Below, one piece after another: positions 60,696 to 64,000 of a DNA stretch of 64,000 nt; the first letter of the stretch is position 1; the number at the start of each line of letters is the position of its first letter. Origin of the DNA: Octopus bimaculoides (Eukaryota); NCBI RefSeq assembly GCF_001194135.2, contig NC_068985.1:92598375-92662374 (forward strand), read 5' to 3'. The notes below the pieces were generated by a model that saw only the letters and a program-made list of their open reading frames with translations, was not told the origin of the DNA and made no database searches. The position numbers and the translations under genes were made by a program.

Positions 60696-63400
60696 GATTC
60701 AGTAGATCATTCCTTAGTATGTTGTTTTTAAAATGTGCTTTTGTCTTAAACCATTTTCTGTGATGATCATAATTCCTTTCAAAGAGCTATGGGAACCGGT
60801 GGAGCTAGCAGCTTCACATAGACAATTTTGTGTACCTATGTTAACTTTTGAAGCATGAACGAAGTTGAAATATTCTAAAATATAGACTTGCAGCATCTGT
60901 AACTGCTTAGTATTCAACTTTGTCAGCTGAAACTAGTGTTTACATCTATAATTAACTGCATTAGAAAGAAACTGTATAGCATTCTGATTAGTGTTCAAAT
61001 TTTAATGTAGTAGATTTCTTAGTTTAAATACTAGAACTCCAAACAATTTATGGTTTATTCTGATCAGTAGTGTATACTAGGTGAAATTGAATGTTTGAAA
61101 TTTGACCTGCAATCGTGTTTTGCGAGTTGATTGATATTTTTCCCCTCTCACCCCTCTTGTCTCTGATAAATCAATAGGAAAAGAAAACTAGCAAGGAAGA
61201 GACTAATGTCATGTCAGAAGAAATGTGCTCGGAGGGATATTTAGGAATCAGCATAAATTGCTTTAAATAGGAACATCTAAATTTACTTTAAATAACAATT
61301 CTCCTGAAGTCCTTTAAGGAAATGTTTCTACTTTTATTGCACTCGGTCTTCATTGTTTCTGTAAAACATATTGGCAATCATATTGCCCCTGTGCACTATA
61401 CTGCTATACTTACATCTTAAGTATTTGATTTCTCTATGAATGCTGGGTCAGGGTTTGGAAATTGCATTGCTGATGGTGTACTTTGTATGTGTACATAAAG
61501 CAGATTAGATCTCACCGTTTTAAAATTTTGGTAATATTGGTCTATGAAACTACAGGATTTCCTAAATTACATTCTACTTCTTTTTAAAATTTTTCATTAT
61601 TTTCCATTCTTTTCTCTTTTTTTTCCTTTTTTTTTGGTCTGTTTTATTCTGCTACCAGTTGAATAGAGTTGAAAATCAGATAATTGTATTATTGAATGCA
61701 ACAAGATGTTTTGACAAACAACTAACAGTCAACTATGTAATAGGATCTAATTTTAGTCAACTAAGACATTTAATGTGATGTATTTATAACATAGAATTAA
61801 ACCTGTAAGTTCTTGTCGGGGTTGGAAATTGCAATAAACAAACTCTTCTTTCGTTTAATTTCAGTCACAAAATAATTTTCTTTTAAATAAACAAAAGCAG
61901 TGACTGTTGAAATATTTTCAATGAACACATTAGAAAATATGCAAGACTCTACATAACAAATATTGTTTTTTTGTTTTGTTTTCTTTCTTTCTTTCCTAGG
62001 TGTTCCACATTTCATTTAACACCTGATATTATAATCTTGGACTAAATTTTTCTATTTCTCCCTCTCATACACACACATGTAGTCTGAAATATTACTACAA
62101 TTCCAAACACTATTCTTCTGTGCTTCTATTCATCACATAACAACTTCTCTTATCAGTTTAGATTATTTCAGGAAAGATAATTGAAACTTTTGCTGTCACT
62201 TGTGTTGCTTGCTATTGATTAAATAACAAAGAACTGACTAAATTATTGATCTTTAGTTTAGATTCTTAGGCATTCATTTTCAAGCTCAGATAGATATAAG
62301 ACTTCTTAGTTACAGTACATAACGTCGCACTTCAGCTGCCGTTTTGCTTCACTAGTTTTTATTTCAAGACGGTTGGTATATGACTTTGATCACATTTCAA
62401 ACAGCTTTTGAGTTTTTGCCAACTTTGATGTTAGGAGGAAAAATCATAGAATTTATTTTAGGTTACTCAGACATAGACATTTAAGTGAGTTTTATGAGGA
62501 TTATTGGAATTGCTTAACAATCTGTTGCTAATTATCCATTTGAAGATCCCGTGTAATAAGGATGATTTTTGCCAAAATGATGTTTGTTTATTTATTTGAT
62601 ATTGAATTTCCCTCACTTTTACTGAATAATACTTTACAAAAAGTTAACTGAAATGTAATAATAGTCAATTATGAAATTATTCCTTTGATTTCTTCAGTAC
62701 TCCCAAAGAGTTATTAGCAATTATTGCCTAATGAAATTAATAGAGCATAAGTGATCATAGATGTGGACAGAAACAGCGATTAATTTTGATTTCTTTTGAA
62801 ATGTTTTCAGAATATAAGCAAATTTTGCTTAACAAAATAATGTTGTAATCAGTTTGCAACCTAATTCTTTTGTTGCTGACTGGGATCAAATTAATGCAGA
62901 AGGAATATGTTAAGAATATCTTGGCCATTTTGTCACTTCTGACTTGTGCATTTTGCTACGTTACTTAGTCTTCCATAACATTTTGAAATCAAATGTCAAC
63001 AATTTGTTGTATGCTCGGTATTCAACACACGCAGTTACATAAATCCACTGACAGATAAACAATAATGCACATTTTCTATTAGTCCTCTGACAAAGACTTT
63101 TTACTAATGGATTTTTGTATGTGCATGCATGCACACACTCACATATACACACAAACACACACATGCGCACTCACATCCATCCATCCAATGAACGAGGTAT
63201 CATAAAAATATCTATAAGCATTAAGTTTCCAATTAACTTTTGAACACATTCTGTGTATTGGATTGTATTATCTCTGATTTCTGAATCTGTAGTATCAGAA
63301 GCAAATGTTTTTCCATTTAGTGTCATATAATGTATGTGTGTAATTATGTGATAATGTGTGTGAATGAAAAAAAAAATATATATATATTTAAATGTTTTAT

Positions 63401-63433
63401 TTCTAACTTTTACATTTTATTTTCTAGGTAAGT
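63401..63433 (+). other. Candidate recursive splice site (zero-length exon)
   Basis: TTCTAAC branch-like motif, T-rich tract, TAG at 63425-63427 immediately followed by GTAAGT. Confidence 0.4.
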
Positions 63434-63854
63434 GATTCATTGCTGAAATTTTGTGTCTTTAACCTTATCCTCTGGCTATATGAAGGTAATGCAAATTTTT
63501 ATTTTACTGAACATATTTTTTTTTTTCATTCAATTTTACTTGTTCTGCTTTTATACCAGTGCCAATAGTATTAGGTCATGTTCAGCATCCATTACTATGC
63601 GAACTGAACATCAGCAAATAATTTATTTTGGTTTTGGGAAAAATGTATCCAGTTCTTCCTCTTCAGAATTTTTGTATTCTCACATATTCTCCTACTTTCA
63701 TGGGCTAGTTTTAAAGCATTGTTTTAGTTTATGGGGAAGGGTCGTTTTGAGACCTTTTGTTTACCATTATGTTGTGTCCAGAGTTCACCTCTGTGGATAC
63801 AAACTGATCGTGTAGATTTTACCATCCTAATAAATAGGAATTAATTTGGCCCCT

Positions 63855-63855
<1 letters not shown>

Positions 63856-63915
<60 letters not shown>
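63856..63915. repeat. (CA)n microsatellite
   Basis: Direct reading. Confidence 0.98.
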
Positions 63916-63919
<4 letters not shown>

Positions 63920-64000
63920 TCTGCTGTATTCTGAGATTCTGGAACAGTTGCTGTTTTTAGTAGAACAAATGAATTGAATAGTAAAACTGAATACTGGTCC

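Overview
AT-rich, repeat-dense eukaryotic DNA from a gapped draft assembly (7 N-runs). The SINE families, (CAT)n-tailed RTE derivatives and dense (AT)n/(CA)n/(CT)n microsatellites match my recollection of octopus genomes, so a coleoid cephalopod is inferred; no database search was run. No complete protein-coding gene, rRNA, intact tRNA or CRISPR array can be supported. Almost all ORF-track entries are artefacts of microsatellites, N-runs or SINEs. Recognisable coding remnants are all transposon-derived: a Penelope-like GIY-YIG endonuclease (19.1-19.5 kb), RTE LINE C-termini (13.6-13.9 and 29.4-29.8 kb), and an AP-endonuclease C-terminus inside a Helentron/HINE-like element (57.0-58.0 kb). There are about 40 SINE or LINE-tail copies from several families (my labels A-G), plus hAT, Tc1/mariner, piggyBac-type and foldback MITEs, several of them nested. 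A CpG-retaining domain at about 32-39 kb carries CCAAT, E-box and duplicated Staf/ZNF143-type motifs and may be a promoter region. The best leads are a textbook AG|GTAAGT recursive-splice-site-like motif (63.4 kb), a hammerhead-ribozyme remnant in a tRNA-headed SINE (38.7 kb), the HINE with endonuclease, and exon-like blocks interrupted only by TAG/TGA next to long hairpins (24-28 kb). All functional interpretations are hypotheses. I found no convincing evidence of a new multi-component system. Repeat boundaries are approximate (about 10-20 bp) unless a target-site duplication (TSD) is quoted.
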